A stretch of DNA of 64,000 bases from NCBI GenBank assembly GCA_043228905.1, contig JBHGNT010000013.1, positions 6,200,001 through 6,264,000 of the forward strand. Direction: 5' to 3'. The translations under genes were made by a program, and so were the position numbers. The DNA comes from Azolla caroliniana (Eukaryota > Plantae > Polypodiophyta). The notes beneath the pieces were generated by a model. The model searched no databases and was not told where the DNA came from. It was given only the letters and a program-made list of their open reading frames with translations. Below are positions 23,343-36,300 of this stretch, one piece after another; position 1 is the stretch's first letter; each line of letters starts with the position of its first letter.

Positions 23343-26300
23343 TTAATAGTGAACTCCATGAACCTCTTGGGGAACCTTGTAGACAGTGTTGTATCCCTTA
23401 ACCTTGTGCTTTGCTTGAGTCACATTGAATTTGATCGCAAGAATGGCATCAACGTTGATTATTGCGATGGGTGCTTCTTTTAGTAATGCAGATGTGTTCT
23501 TGCACTGCGACAACTTTGCATAATAGTTTCCATACACGACAGACTCACCAACGTTGAAATTGTTGCCCCAACCATCCCTCACCACTTCTTTCAATAATGT
23601 CTTTCCTTGCTTGCACACCACAATGTAGTAGTCTTCTAAATCTTCATTCTGAGGATATTTGAGCACTGCAAAATGATCTCCAACTTCCAATAAAACTGCC
23701 AAGTCTTGATTTTGGTTGTAGTATACAATATCGTTTGAATGCACATCCTCTTCAATATCATCTTGTCGTTCAGGCTCAAGCTTCTGTAGCTTCCAGGGCT
23801 CCACGATTGATAGGTTGATGCATTTATCCCAAGCTTCATCTAGACACATGGAACAAAAGCATGATAAACTACGGAGTAACAATTGTGTTGTGTCCTTGCG
23901 GCTAAACCCTAACACACAATGAGTGTTGCGTGTGCCTTTCACGGTTTTACAACCATATGATTTAGTTCTATCGACCTCATCAGCGCGAACTTCAACAAAC
24001 AATCTGTTCTTACCATCATTTGACATCTTCCATGTTAGCCACTGCACAACATCATGTGCATTTTGTAACTTAGCACCATTATTATCCAACTGCTCACTTG
24101 TAAGGGCACGTTTGATCACAGCCCCCGCGCTATCATGCTCTCCTTTTCCATGTCCAGACCCGAAGTAATTCTATTGCATACGAATATTGAATAAGGAGAA
24201 ATACCTGCTTTGGTATCTCAGGTTTCCAACAAAATTAGTACTATATTGTCAATTGAGAGTACTACACTTCCATTAATACTGATTTAGTACAAATACAAAA
24301 CAAAGCATAGCACAACGTATCCATTGAGAACACTCTACACTTATTAAAAGATAAATAGTACTATGTTGTCGACCAACAGTACCTGGCATCCATTTAATAC
24401 TAATTTAGTATGGATATAGCACAAAGTATAGTACAATGAGTTCATGGAAAGCACTCTACATGTATTAACAGATAAATAGTACAAAATGTTCAATATCGGA
24501 TAGTACAATACAATGTGTCCACGGAGAACACAACCCTCCTTAGAAGATCATTAGTACTACAAGACATGTACTTTACATCCCCCAATAAACACTGATTTAG
24601 TATAGATACAACACATAGTACAATACAACGTGTTCATGGAGAACGTTGAACATTGATTAATAGATAATCAATACCACATAGTGTGTTTAAAAGATGAGTA
24701 CAAGATGAGTACAATACTATGAGTACAACATGAGTAAATACTGATTTAGTACAATTCTCTGAAGGACGGACAATACTATGAGTACAAGATGAGTACTTTA
24801 CATCCTCTTGTAAACACAACATAGTACAAATACAACACACAACATAGTACAATGTGTCTATGGAGAACCCTTCACATGGATTAAAACATAATTAGTACAA
24901 TTCTCTTAAGGACGGACAATACTATAAGTACAAGATGAGTACTTTACATCCTTTTGTAAACACAACATAGTACAGAACCAACACACAACATAGTACAATG
25001 TGTCTATGGAGAACCCTTCACATGGATTAATCGATACTTAGTACAATTCTCTTAAGGACGGACAATACTATGAGTACAAGATGAGTACTTTACATCCTTT
25101 TGTAAACACAACATAGTACAGAACCAACACACAACATAGTACAATGTGTCTATGGAGAACCCTTCACATGGATTAAAACATAATTAGTACAATTCTCTTA
25201 AGGACAGACAATACTCTAAGTACAAGATGAGTACTTTACATCCTTCTATACACACAACATAGTACAGAACCAACACACAACATAGTACAATGTGTCTATG
25301 GAGAACACTTCACATGGATAAAAAGATAATTAGTACAATTCTCTTAAGGACGGACAATACTATGAGTACAAGATGAGTACTTTACATCCTTCTGTAAACA
25401 CAACATAGTACAGATACAACACACAATATAGTACAATGTGTCTATGGAGAACACTTCACATGGATAAAAAGATAATTAGTACAATTCTCTTAAGGACGGA
25501 CAATACTATGAGTACAAGATGAGTACTTTACATCCTTCTGTAAACACAATATAGTACAATGTGTCTATGGAGAACACTTCACATGGATTAAAAGTTACTT
25601 AGTACAATTCTCTTAAGGATGGACAATACTATAAAGTACAATACGAGTACTTTACATCCTTCAGTAAATACTGATTTAGTACAGATACAACACACAACAT
25701 AATACAAACAAAATTAGTACGCATGCATCCATTCACAAGTGCAAGATTCGAATAGTTACAAACATAATTAGTATGCATCCATGTGAATAGTACTGTTTGT
25801 TAATAGTTACAAACATAATTAGTATGCATCCACTAACACAAGAATTACTTCCTTACACATTGCATGATAAGTACTAAATATATGGATTAAAAATTACCTG
25901 GCAATAAAGTAGAACGATCGTGCCGCCTTAAACTGCGAGGCAGCACCATCAAACCAAACCCAATGACGGTTAAAGGTTAACCCTAGAGAAAATAAATCTG
26001 CATGGTGAAGCTTAAAACAATGTTGAACAAATAGTGTATCATGCTTTTTATCATCTGAAATGTAAAATATTGATTTCTTATATAACTCACCGTCTTGCCT
26101 CTAATAGCAAATATGTACAAGTATTGTACATTGATCATTGTACCAATGCATTGATTGAACCTCATTTTGAACTTTAAATGTATAGTTTTCTGCAAAATCA
26201 ATAACGGATACGATGACACCCGTTGGTAAGTTATTAATACATTCCTTGAACTGTGAATTTTGCCAATAACTCCGGAAGTTATGTGGAATGAACTCCCCAA

Positions 26301-27578
26301 GTTGTTTCTTAAATTCTGAGAGAAGGGTAGCAGCACATGTCTCCTTATATACTTCCTTGATACGCTTAGTTACAACTCCCTTGCCAATATTTTCAGTCAC
26401 ATACTCCAAATATTTCCATTTCACGATATGACTATTTCCCAAATCAAGCTCTTGCCTACAAAATAATGGTAGTGGACAAACCTTACATGTTCTTAATAGA
26501 CATGTACGACGATGCCACTCACATGATGGTTCTTTTTCACAAACACAAGACCTCCATAGCTCAGAAACGGATGCATAAGTCATGTTTTGTGCATTACACC
26601 TATTATCCTCCCCATTTGGTCTACAAATCTCACAAGTGCAGACACATAATTCCCCGTGTATACCCTTAGAATCAGTACGCATTGCATTCACTGTTAGCCT
26701 TAACATGTCCATCTTCACATGGTACACACAACAACATGTATTCCTCTCATTTAATTTTCTAACATAAAATGGTTTCAAACCTTGGAACTTGCAGAATCCA
26801 ATAGTCAAGCTTGGATGTTGGTCTTTAAAGTTCATGTACAATTCAGCCTACATCAACCAATATATATAGCAAACATTAATATACACTTGTCAAAACACAA
26901 AGTTATGGAATGTGAATTGATATAAAAAAATGGAATACCTCTGTCATCTCCAAGAAGTGTCTAGGGTGAATCTGGTACTTACCCTGACTTATTCGTTGTC
27001 TACACACGTCCTTCTTATTTGGTGAGACACGCGTATTTTTGGCCCAAAATGAATCCACTTTCTCAATAATCTCTTGAGATAAGGCATCACCTCGTCGTCT
27101 ACGTCCCGACCCCAGCCACTTGAATTTGCTTGAGTGTATATTTCGGCGATGTTTCCTCAAGTTCCTTCTTTGAATACCCAGGGCTAAGGCAACTTTAGTA
27201 TCACTATATTTTTTTTCTCTCGCACCATTCACAACCATGTGTAGGGCTGCCCTCTTTGCAGCAAGTTTGTCTAAGCTCTCTACACCTTTCACTAAGTCTA
27301 GGGATGACTTCATAGACTCCACAATCTCTTCTGAAACACATTGGTCCCTAAATTTTATTCTCTCCATGTCTTCATTCAAACTTTGATGGTGTAACACTCT
27401 ACAGATAATATCCCTACGATCCTCTTCACTAAATCTCTTCGTTATTTCTACCAAATAACGGACTATGTGAAGAACCACTCGTCTCTTAGTCCTTTCAGAT
27501 ATGCATGAGTTACTTGACAACTCACTCTCGCTAGGAACCCCCATTCGGTCACTAGATTTATCCACAAAAATTAAGTGT
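23343..27578 (-). pseudogene. Sola2-type DDD transposase, at least 3 exons (27578-26939, 26847-25898, 24204-23343), two premature TAG stops
   Basis: GT-AG introns 26938-26848 and 25897-24205 join the exons in frame. Motifs: Cys-rich TCCCVYH...C..C, IDFAENY, ISDDKKHD, WFDGAASQFK, NYFGSGHGKGEHD.AGAVIKR, LSCFCSMC. TAG at 26103-26101 and 24173-24171 where Trp is expected. First exon unresolved. Confidence 0.85.
24745..25690. repeat. 146-bp satellite, about 6.5 copies, in the long transposase intron
   Basis: ACAATTCTC recurs at 24751, 24897, 25043, 25189, 25335, 25481 and then 25604. Confidence 0.92.
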
Positions 27579-27776
27579 CTAGCGAAAGTAGTTAATGTTA
27601 TATAGACTCAACCAAGAAAACACAATCAAATGTTTTTAAATGTGGCCTACAAAGTGAGAAATATTTTGTTTCAAACATTAGAATTACATATCAAATATGA
27701 CAAGGTCAATTCTAAAAATTTAGTACTGAAATATGAAGAAATGAAACATTTTAGTACTGAAAATAAAAAAATGGAT

Positions 27777-27937
27777 GGAAGGAACCTCCAATGGTGGAGG
27801 GAGTGTTGGATATGCCGCCTCGATTTGGTGGAAGGAACCTCCAATGGTGGAGGGAGTGTGGATATGCAACCTCGATTTGGTGGAAGGAACCTCCAATGGT
27901 GGAGGGAGCGTTGGATATGTCGCCTCGATTTGGTGGA
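27777..27937. repeat. 52-53-bp tandem repeat x3 upstream of the transposase exons
   Basis: GGAACCTCCAATGGTGGAGGGAG at 27781, 27834 and 27886. Confidence 0.9.
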
Positions 27938-28458
27938 AAAAGCCCCAAATCACCACGACATCAACTGCAATCGGTGGAAGTAAGAAAGTCGTTGTCGAAG
28001 AAGTCATTATTGGCTGCTACCTAAACCCTCAGAACAGTCTCTGTACCTCAACCTAAACCCTAACAAAAACAGAAACCCTAAAAAAATCAGAAATTCTCAA
28101 CTCAAACTCTCCAACCAGACATGGATGTCTGAGATTTAGATTGAAGGAAAATCAGAAACGTGACATGGATGTCTGTGATGAAAAGCTCAGAGGGATAGAG
28201 GAAGAGTAGTATGAGGGGAAGCAACAAAATGACGTGAGGGGAAGCGCCAAAATCGACGTGAGGCGAAAATAGCCCCCTAAATGGAAGAACATCTCCTCAC
28301 GTGTTCCCCCCACTCCTTCTACAGTAAATGACACTTGTACTCCAATCACCCCACTCTCCAAAATCGATTTTCTTTTTCTCTAATTTTTTTTCTGAATTAT
28401 TCAGTACTAACAGTATTGAAAGTACTAACAATTTTTGTGGCCAAAAACAGTACTTTTC

Positions 28459-28484
28459 TGGTACACCGTAGCGTGCTTCGACCC
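28459..28484 (-). repeat. Right TIR
   Basis: TGGTACACCGTAGCGTGCTTCGACCC followed by TSD TCTC. Confidence 0.95.
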
Positions 28485-28860
28485 TCTCAACACATTTCCC
28501 CTTTAGATTTCCCCATAATTTAGCACATGCATGCGCTTTCTGTTGCGTTTGGAGAAATTGTTGAGTAAGGTCCCATATTCTTCTCTTTCTTTCAATAAGC
28601 CTTTTGTATTCATGCAAATTCTTTTGGTAATTTTTCTTATTCTTAACTACATCCAATATCATAAGCCTCTTTTGAGCTTCATTTAATTGTATCCAATGAG
28701 ATGCCAGGGAACTACTTGGTGGAAACTCTTAGCTACCAACTTCACGCAGGGTTGTGGACTCCATACCGAGCTCGGTATGCAGAACACATATGTAGAGAAG
28801 TTCCACGAACAACCAAGAGCTTAACAGTTTATCGGAAATTCATAGACCTTGCCAATGGTG
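28485..28860 (-). pseudogene. LINE ORF2 upstream fragment
   Basis: YKRLIERKRR...KLWGNLKGKCVE joins in frame to 15966 after excising the DNA transposon. Right limit approximate. Confidence 0.7.
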
Positions 28861-29377
28861 TATTATAACAATGTAATTTAATGACATTCACACCAATGAT
28901 AAATTCAATCCCTCATTTTGAGTATGTTTTCAACTATTTAAATTTAAAATAATGTTGCAGCCTCTATGTTTTCTGAATACTGAAAGGGTCCCTGTTCTCT
29001 GAATTACGTACTGTTTGAATTTGTAGACCAAGTTGTATGTTCTCTGAATTTTGGAATCTCTCTGAATTTGTACAAGAATAAAACTGAAAGGTATTTATTA
29101 TAGGAGGTAAAACTGAAAGCTACTTATTATAGACAATAAGTTGTTTCTTAGAAAATACGGAAATTAATAGGCAACATGTGCAATACCCCAAGATAGCCTT
29201 CAATATCCAAACATAAATTAGTTGACAATAGATTCTTCACATGCTCAAAATACAAAACAAAAACATAAAGAATACGGTATAAACAAACACAATTCCAATG
29301 ATAATATGATTAAAGAAGGATTTAGCAATACAACTAGTTTGTCCTTTTGCAAGACAACTAGTATAATTTTACGCGAG

Positions 29378-30200
29378 CTACAAATTCCATGCCATAGTGT
29401 TGTAAATACATTCATACACATGAACACTAACTGTGTATAAATCTATGCAACTCTTGTATTGCGACATTGGTACTTTGATGCATTTGACCAAATGGTAGTA
29501 CATATAGGCTATTGGTTTGTCTTCTAAAAGTCTATACACATAATCATATTCATCTAGTCTTGTATAAAAAATACCTTCGATGTAGAATGTCCCAGCACAT
29601 ACAAAATTCTCCCAAGCATCTACAATATTATGCGTTGCACATTGTTTGCAAACCATGCACTTCAATAAGTAGAAATCAACACCCTCTGAATTTCTTTCTT
29701 CTGCATTTACAACAAATGTATCTCCAACGTATATGACATCACTTCGAGTGTCTGCACGTCCCTGATATGTGAACTCGAGCATGTTTTCTGTCCATATGGA
29801 ACTTATGGATCAATGTATGGTACTCCCAATTCTAAATATATGCTTTGTTTAAACATTGCCTCCAATTTGCCTACACACAATGGCAGCAAAAACATGTTAA
29901 CTCTCTAACTCTAATACAATGACCATCCCTCATAGAATAACCCTGAACAGAGTGGAAAGATTGTAGTTCGGGAATTCCTTGGCACTCTCATGTCTTCCCC
30001 ATATTTACTTCATCTATCCTCACTTCTAAAAATACGCATTTGATATCTCGAACTTGTGAGGAGTAAACAACAGTTGTAGACGTTGGCATATTATTTCTTA
30101 AAAAATTGACTACATGAGTAGTACAGTTCATATGCACACCGCCAACCTTACGTTGTTCATGGGTAAGTGCCCTCTTTATAACTACACCAACTCCATTATA
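29378..30200 (-). pseudogene. Diverged relic of the C-terminal part of a Sola2-type transposase
   Basis: GVVIKRALTHEQ...HVVNFL, LTCFCCHC and VGDTFVV...DFYLLKC...DAWEN...GIFY are collinear with ORF 23343-24119. No DFAENY or HGKG seen upstream. Confidence 0.75.
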
Positions 30201-31753
30201 TCCTTGATTTTTGATGTTATGGGTGTCACTAACTTACAGCTTGTGGTTAGCTTTAATAGACTACTTCCTTCATCACCTGAAATTAACTAGTTCATTGTAT
30301 TCTACACATTTTTTCTACTAACACCAATTACCTTAGATAGTATACTGATGTTAAGATCGTCAACATCACTATTAAGTAACATCATTAGACTAGAACTTTT
30401 AAAGACAAGATAATCTTGTGACTTGCTCATGTTGACTAACCATTTCCGAAGATTATTTACTAGTACATTTGTTACATTTCCATTGAGACCATCAAAATCA
30501 ACTATATCTTTTATCGATGGATCGTTTAATATTCCATTAAGTACCTGATGTGCTTGGTCAGATTATTGAAATAGTGTACAACCTTTCTCTCTATGATTCT
30601 AGTTTCATTACTTCCATTCTCAGTGATATTTAAATCTATATCAAAACCAATACTATCTTTACCTTTAGTTGAGGTGTCTACCTTATCCTTTAACATTTGT
30701 TGATGTTTCCTTTTTTTCTGCCCAATACTTTCGTATTTCTTGTTGTGAACTAATAGCCAAATGCCTTTCTTGATGATCCATGAGGGTTGTTGATAAACAC
30801 CCTCCTTCCCCTTCCATCTGGTTTGACATCGACATTAGTTAATTAAAAAGAAAATGAGACATAAATGATTATACCACATGCAAGAGGGTAATTGTAAGGA
30901 GCGATCCCACCGGTTTCCAAAGCTCACAATGGTGGTAAGTGAGTGTTTGCAGCAACAGAGTGAACGTTTATGAGAAGTCAACGAATGCAACCGTCATCGG
31001 GAACAATGGTGGTAAGTGTGGTGGCGGTGATGACTATCGGCAACAACAATACCTTAGATATAGATGTAGTGGCTAACAATAGAGGAGTGGCAAGTGATCA
31101 AAAAATGGTGGTTTTAGAAAAAACAAGTGGCTAACAACAAGTGATTACAGTGTGCTCCCAAAGCATGTTATAAGATTTGCTTCCAAGATTAGAATTAATT
31201 TAAACAATCTTAAACAATTAAAGTTAAAACATATAATAATATCAATATTTCAAAAATAATGTAAAAGACTTATAATGGTAAATCTAAAGTAAGGCATGAG
31301 AAATAGCGTAAACAGAGACTAGACAACTCTATACCTAATTGCAATGTACCTTGATACCCACCTTTTTTTACCAATCTAGATTTTTTAATAAAGGATAATA
31401 TTAAAAAATACGTTTAATAATTAAAACATTAAAATTATACTTAGAGTCTAGACTCTAGAGTATTTAATAAAGGTATTGTAAAAATCAAATTCCAACTAAT
31501 ATTTTTAGTAAAGAATAAAGATTTGAGAATATATTACATTATATTATTTTAAGTGTGTTGTACAAAAACATATAATATATTATTGTACATACATCATGGT
31601 ACATACATATATTTAAATGTGGTATATATATATATATATAACATGGAAAATAGAGATTTAACATGTCACTTGCCATGTATAGGGCCTTTTACACTAAAAT
31701 GGAAATTTAAACTCTTATATCTCACTTAAGAAACTTTTTTGTTGGGTGTAGGT

Positions 31754-31838
31754 TTTTCACGAGCAAAATGACCTTTGACAAGCATGACACCCACGTTTTT
31801 CATGAGCAAAATGACCTTTGACAAGCATGACACCCATC
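31754..31838. repeat. 43-bp tandem duplication
   Basis: TTTTCAYGAGCAAAATGACCTTTGACAAGCATGACACCCA twice. Confidence 0.85.
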
Positions 31839-33300
31839 AAAGTCTAACCCTGGTAAGAGTCCTAGGTGGGATGGATTAATAAATGAGCTCTTTAAGAAAT
31901 GTGTAATTAAGTTAAAGGGACCTTTTACGATGTTATATATTTTTTCTTTCCAAATTGAAGATTCTTTCCCATTAGTTAAGAAGGTTTATTACAAAGAGAC
32001 TAGACAAGGAGGCTTATACACAAAATAGGGAATCTCCCTCCGATCAAGTTCAAGAAAATGAGACTACTTACATAGCCTTTCAAACTAACTACCTAATGTA
32101 AGTAGATACCTATAACTAAAAGTGGTGCCCTTTAGTGTCGGTCACTATGAGCCGGCTCTTCGGGCCTACATTGAAGGGAGGGAGGCAAGTAAGAAGGAAA
32201 CAACCAGCGTGGATGTTATTTTTTGTACATTAGGGGAAATGCCTCAATCCTAGAAGATTGGTTTGTGATCGGAAATGACTTGGCTCAAGCCTAAACCGTT
32301 TGGCTAAACGGGTTTTAAATGTCTTAGCGGCTCAACTCAGCTCAGCTTCGCTTGAGCCTTGCCAAACCAGCTCAACCGGCTATGACGTTTATGTGATTTA
32401 ATTACTAACTAGTCTATTAGGTTACAGAGTCGAGACTAGAATGAACACTAATGAGTCACGACTCACGAGTCTATTGTCTGCATATAGAGTAACGACTTAC
32501 GACTCTCCACACAAATGTGAGAAAGAGAGAGAGGTCTGAGGGAGCCTGCACAATGCATACTACATAATACAGAGCGGATGACGACGACCTCCTGCTGCAT
32601 GTAGGCTACATGCCTTCGGCCTTCAGGTAAGATTCACATATACTATATTAAAGATTCAAGAACAAGAATGTTCATATTCTATTAGCATTCATATGATGTC
32701 TACAGTAAATAAAATATGATGCTTTCATAGTCAGAGTTGCTCAGTAATGCGTCAATAATGCAAAGCATGTCTTTGTAATTTTATATATGCTATCCAAGGT
32801 TATTCTAAATCAAACCTATAAATGCTTTTGAATGTTATTCGGAAGCGTTGGTCTCAGTTAAGAACAACATGCAACAATCTCTACATAAATCTCTAAAATA
32901 GTAGATATAATTAAACATAAGACTTAAACAAAATCATTTATTATGTAGATTTAATATAACCTACCAAAAATCTCCTTCAGGTGTGCATCATTAACATTCC
33001 TTGTCAAGCTTCTAACTATCAGAGCATCAAACTCGAGAGATGGAGATATCTCCTTTTCGAAAGAAATAAAATTTAGGGAGGGTCAGTTTGATTACTAAAA
33101 TTAAAGTAAGAGGAACACCAAACTCTAAGGTTATAAGAAAAAAGATATGAAGGGAATCATCTGGACCAAATTTTCAACAAAACAATGGCCTGATTTAAAA
33201 CAAGCGTCCATCTCTAGTTTTGGAATTGGGTAAAAGCATGCGAGTGGAAACTCTATTATAGCTAATTAGCTACTAAAATGGCCACAACTAATTAGCTATT

Positions 33301-36300
33301 GTTCACACCGGCTCCATCCGATTTGGTTTACGGATCTCTTCCGGTACTCACCGGGTCCATCCGATCCAGTTTCCGGATCTCCTCATTCATAACCGTACCC
33401 CATCCAGAGGGACAGATTTCCCAACAATCCCCCCCTTCACTCCGGCATGGGATGTCTCATGAGCCCAATCCGCTTTCGGCACGCATCTGACTTGTTGGTC
33501 CTCAACACCTTGGTTAGCATATCCGACCCATTCTCCTCCATGTGGATCTTCATTACCACGAACTCTTGATCTTCTACTCTTCATGTGTACCTCCGCTAGA
33601 TATGTTTCGTCCGGGAATGGTAGGCCGCGTTCTTTGCAAGGTGGATGGCACTTTGACTGTCGCAGTAGCGCTGGTATTCCTCCTATTGGATCCCTAGCTC
33701 TTTGATGAAGTCCTTCATCCAGATTATCTCCTTGTCGGCTTCCATAGTTGCCAAGTACTCCGTCTCCGTGGTTGACAATGCAACCGTCTTCTATAGCCTC
33801 GATTGCCATAAGACAGCTCCCCCTGCATAAGTCATCACATATCTGGATGTCGACCGGCTGGTATCCGCATCAGCCGACATATCCAAATCTGTGAATCCGT
33901 CAAGTTGGGGATTAAAGGAGCCGAACTGGAGGCACATACTCCAGGTGCCTTTCAAATACTGGAGTATGCACTTGACCGCGTTTCAATGCTCTCTTCCGGG
34001 ATTGCTCATGAACCGGTTCACCACTCTTATTGCATATCCGATATTCGTCCAGGTACATACTATTGCGTACATCAAGCTCCCGACGGTAGAGGCATATGGT
34101 ATCTTCATCATATCCGACTTCTCTGGCTTTGTCTTCGAGCTTTGCTTTCCAGACAACTTGGAATTTGCTGGAAGTGTTGATGCGACTAGTTTCGCCTCAT
34201 CATATCCAACTTCTCTGCCTTTGTCTTCGGGCTCTACTTTCCAGAAAACTTGCAATTTTCTAGAAGTGTCGATCCGACATGTTGAACCTTTGGAGTACCT
34301 TTGTCACGTACTTTTCCTATGACAACCACAACAACTTCTTCGACCGGTCCCGGATGATGTGCATTCCCAATATCTGTCTTGTCGGCCCCAAGTCTTTCAT
34401 TGAGAAGGTTTGGTTTAGAGCCTTCTTCAACATCCGTATCTTGACTTGGTCTCGTCCGACGATCAAGATGCCATCCACAAACACGTAGTGATCAGCTTAT
34501 GTTTTGCGGTATCCTTGGACGGTCATGAAGGAGTCGAACTTCCGGTACCATTGACGGAGAACTTCCTTCAGTCCGTATAGGCTCTTCTTCAGCTAGCACA
34601 TTAGGTGCTCCTTCCCTTTCTTCTCAAATCCTTCCAGTTGATGCATGTAGATCTCTTCTTCAAGGTCGTCATGTAGGAATGTCGTCTTGACGTCCAGTTG
34701 CTCTACCTTGATGTCCATGCTTGCCGCTCTGCCCAATACTGTTCGGATGGATATCATCTTTACTATCGGGGCAAAGATCTCATCGAAGTCCACTCCTTTC
34801 TTCTGCTAGAAGCCCTTCACTACGATTTGGGCGTTATGCCTTGTTGGGTTTTTGGCATCTCCCGGTTTTAGCTTGTGCACCCACTTGTTCCGAAGTGCTC
34901 TCTTCCCTTTCGGCAACTTTTTCAGTTCATATGTGTGGTTCTCATGCAGGGAATCCATCTCATCCTGCATAGCACTCAACCACTTGCGGTTGTGGGTGTC
35001 TCTCTTTGCTTCATTGAAGCTTTCCAGCTCCCCCTCATCGGTTAGCAACACATGCTCTGCATCCGGAAATCTCCAGGGGGCTCTTCTCTCTCGAAAATGA
35101 TATCTCCGTCCTTGGTTTCTGACTACCGGTTCCTCCATTTGTTCCTCATCCTCATCCAATTAGGGATCTTGTCCGTATCCGGTGTCTTCTTCTTCTTCTT
35201 CTTCTTTAGTTGGTTCGGTTTCTTGTCCGTATCTAGCCAGTTCGTCGAGTGTCATCCGATTACCTGCTAACACCCAATTTTCAACCGGGTATATCCTTGT
35301 GTCCTCAAGCCGGTTTTCATAGGATGATCCAGAGTTCATCACTTTCTTCTCCGACTCCTAGTTAGAAATGGTCTTGTCTTCCATGAAGACTATGTCTCGA
35401 CTCTAGAACACCTTCAAGTGCCCGTACGACACGAACACATTCAAATCCCCATACAACACGTCCTTGCCGGTCCATAGTCTTTGTGATGTTTGTCCGTCCA
35501 AGAGAACTGAGGGTAATCTATTTATCACATAGGTCGTCGTCGTTAGTGCGTCAGCCCAAAATGTCTTGGGTAACTTTGCATGTGCCAGCATGCTCCAGAC
35601 TCTCTCCATCATAGTCTGGTTCATCCGTTCGGCTACCCGTTCAATGCCGGTGTCTTCGGCACAGTGAATTTGAGCCGGATTCCCTTCGACCGGCAATACT
35701 TCTCGAATTGCCCCCGGTATTCTCCTCCGTTGTCCACTCGAATGGCCTTTAGCCTCTAGCCGGTTTCTCTTTCCACTCTCGCGTGGAGATCCTTGAAGAC
35801 GGATAACACTTGATCCTTCATCTTCAGTGGTGAGACCCACAACTTTCGGCTGTGGTCAACTATGAATGTCATGAAGTACTGCGATCTGGCATGTGACTTC
35901 GTGTCCACTTGACCCACATCGGTATGTACCAGCTCCAATGGTGCATTCCGTGTCATCGGTGGTCTTGACCGGAAGGAGGTTCGGTTTTGCTTGTCGGCCA
36001 AGAAATCAGTGCACTTCTCAAGTTGCATGTCCTTCACCGGAATGAGATTGTCTTCGGTTAGTCTCTTCATCCCCTCTGACTCATGTGACACAGTCTCTTT
36101 TGCCACAGCTCACCCACAGTGTCGGATGCAACGTTCACTTTTTCCCAACATATCCGGGCATGCATCAAGTACAATGTGTTGACCTTCGGGGCTCAAGCCA
36201 CTATTAGGCTCCCTTTGCTAAACTTCATAACTCCGTTCCGGATGCTACCCGTGTAGCCTTAATCATCTAGTCGACCAACTGATATTAGGTTCAGTCGAAC

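Larger units (their letters stand above)
15971..28484 (-). mobile_element. 12.5-kb Sola2-like DNA transposon with cargo
   Basis: 26-bp TIRs with 1 mismatch (15971-15996 and 28459-28484) starting GGG. TSD TCTC at 15967-15970 and 28485-28488. Removing it restores the LINE frame (...GKCVE-SYGDL...). Contains a transposase gene. Boundaries are firm; the superfamily name is from recalled motifs. Confidence 0.88.

Noticed and set aside
32280-32510. MITE or hAT end (GGCTCAA/TTGAGCC and GAGTC/GACTC motifs)
   Set aside because: No TIR pair or TSD could be defined.
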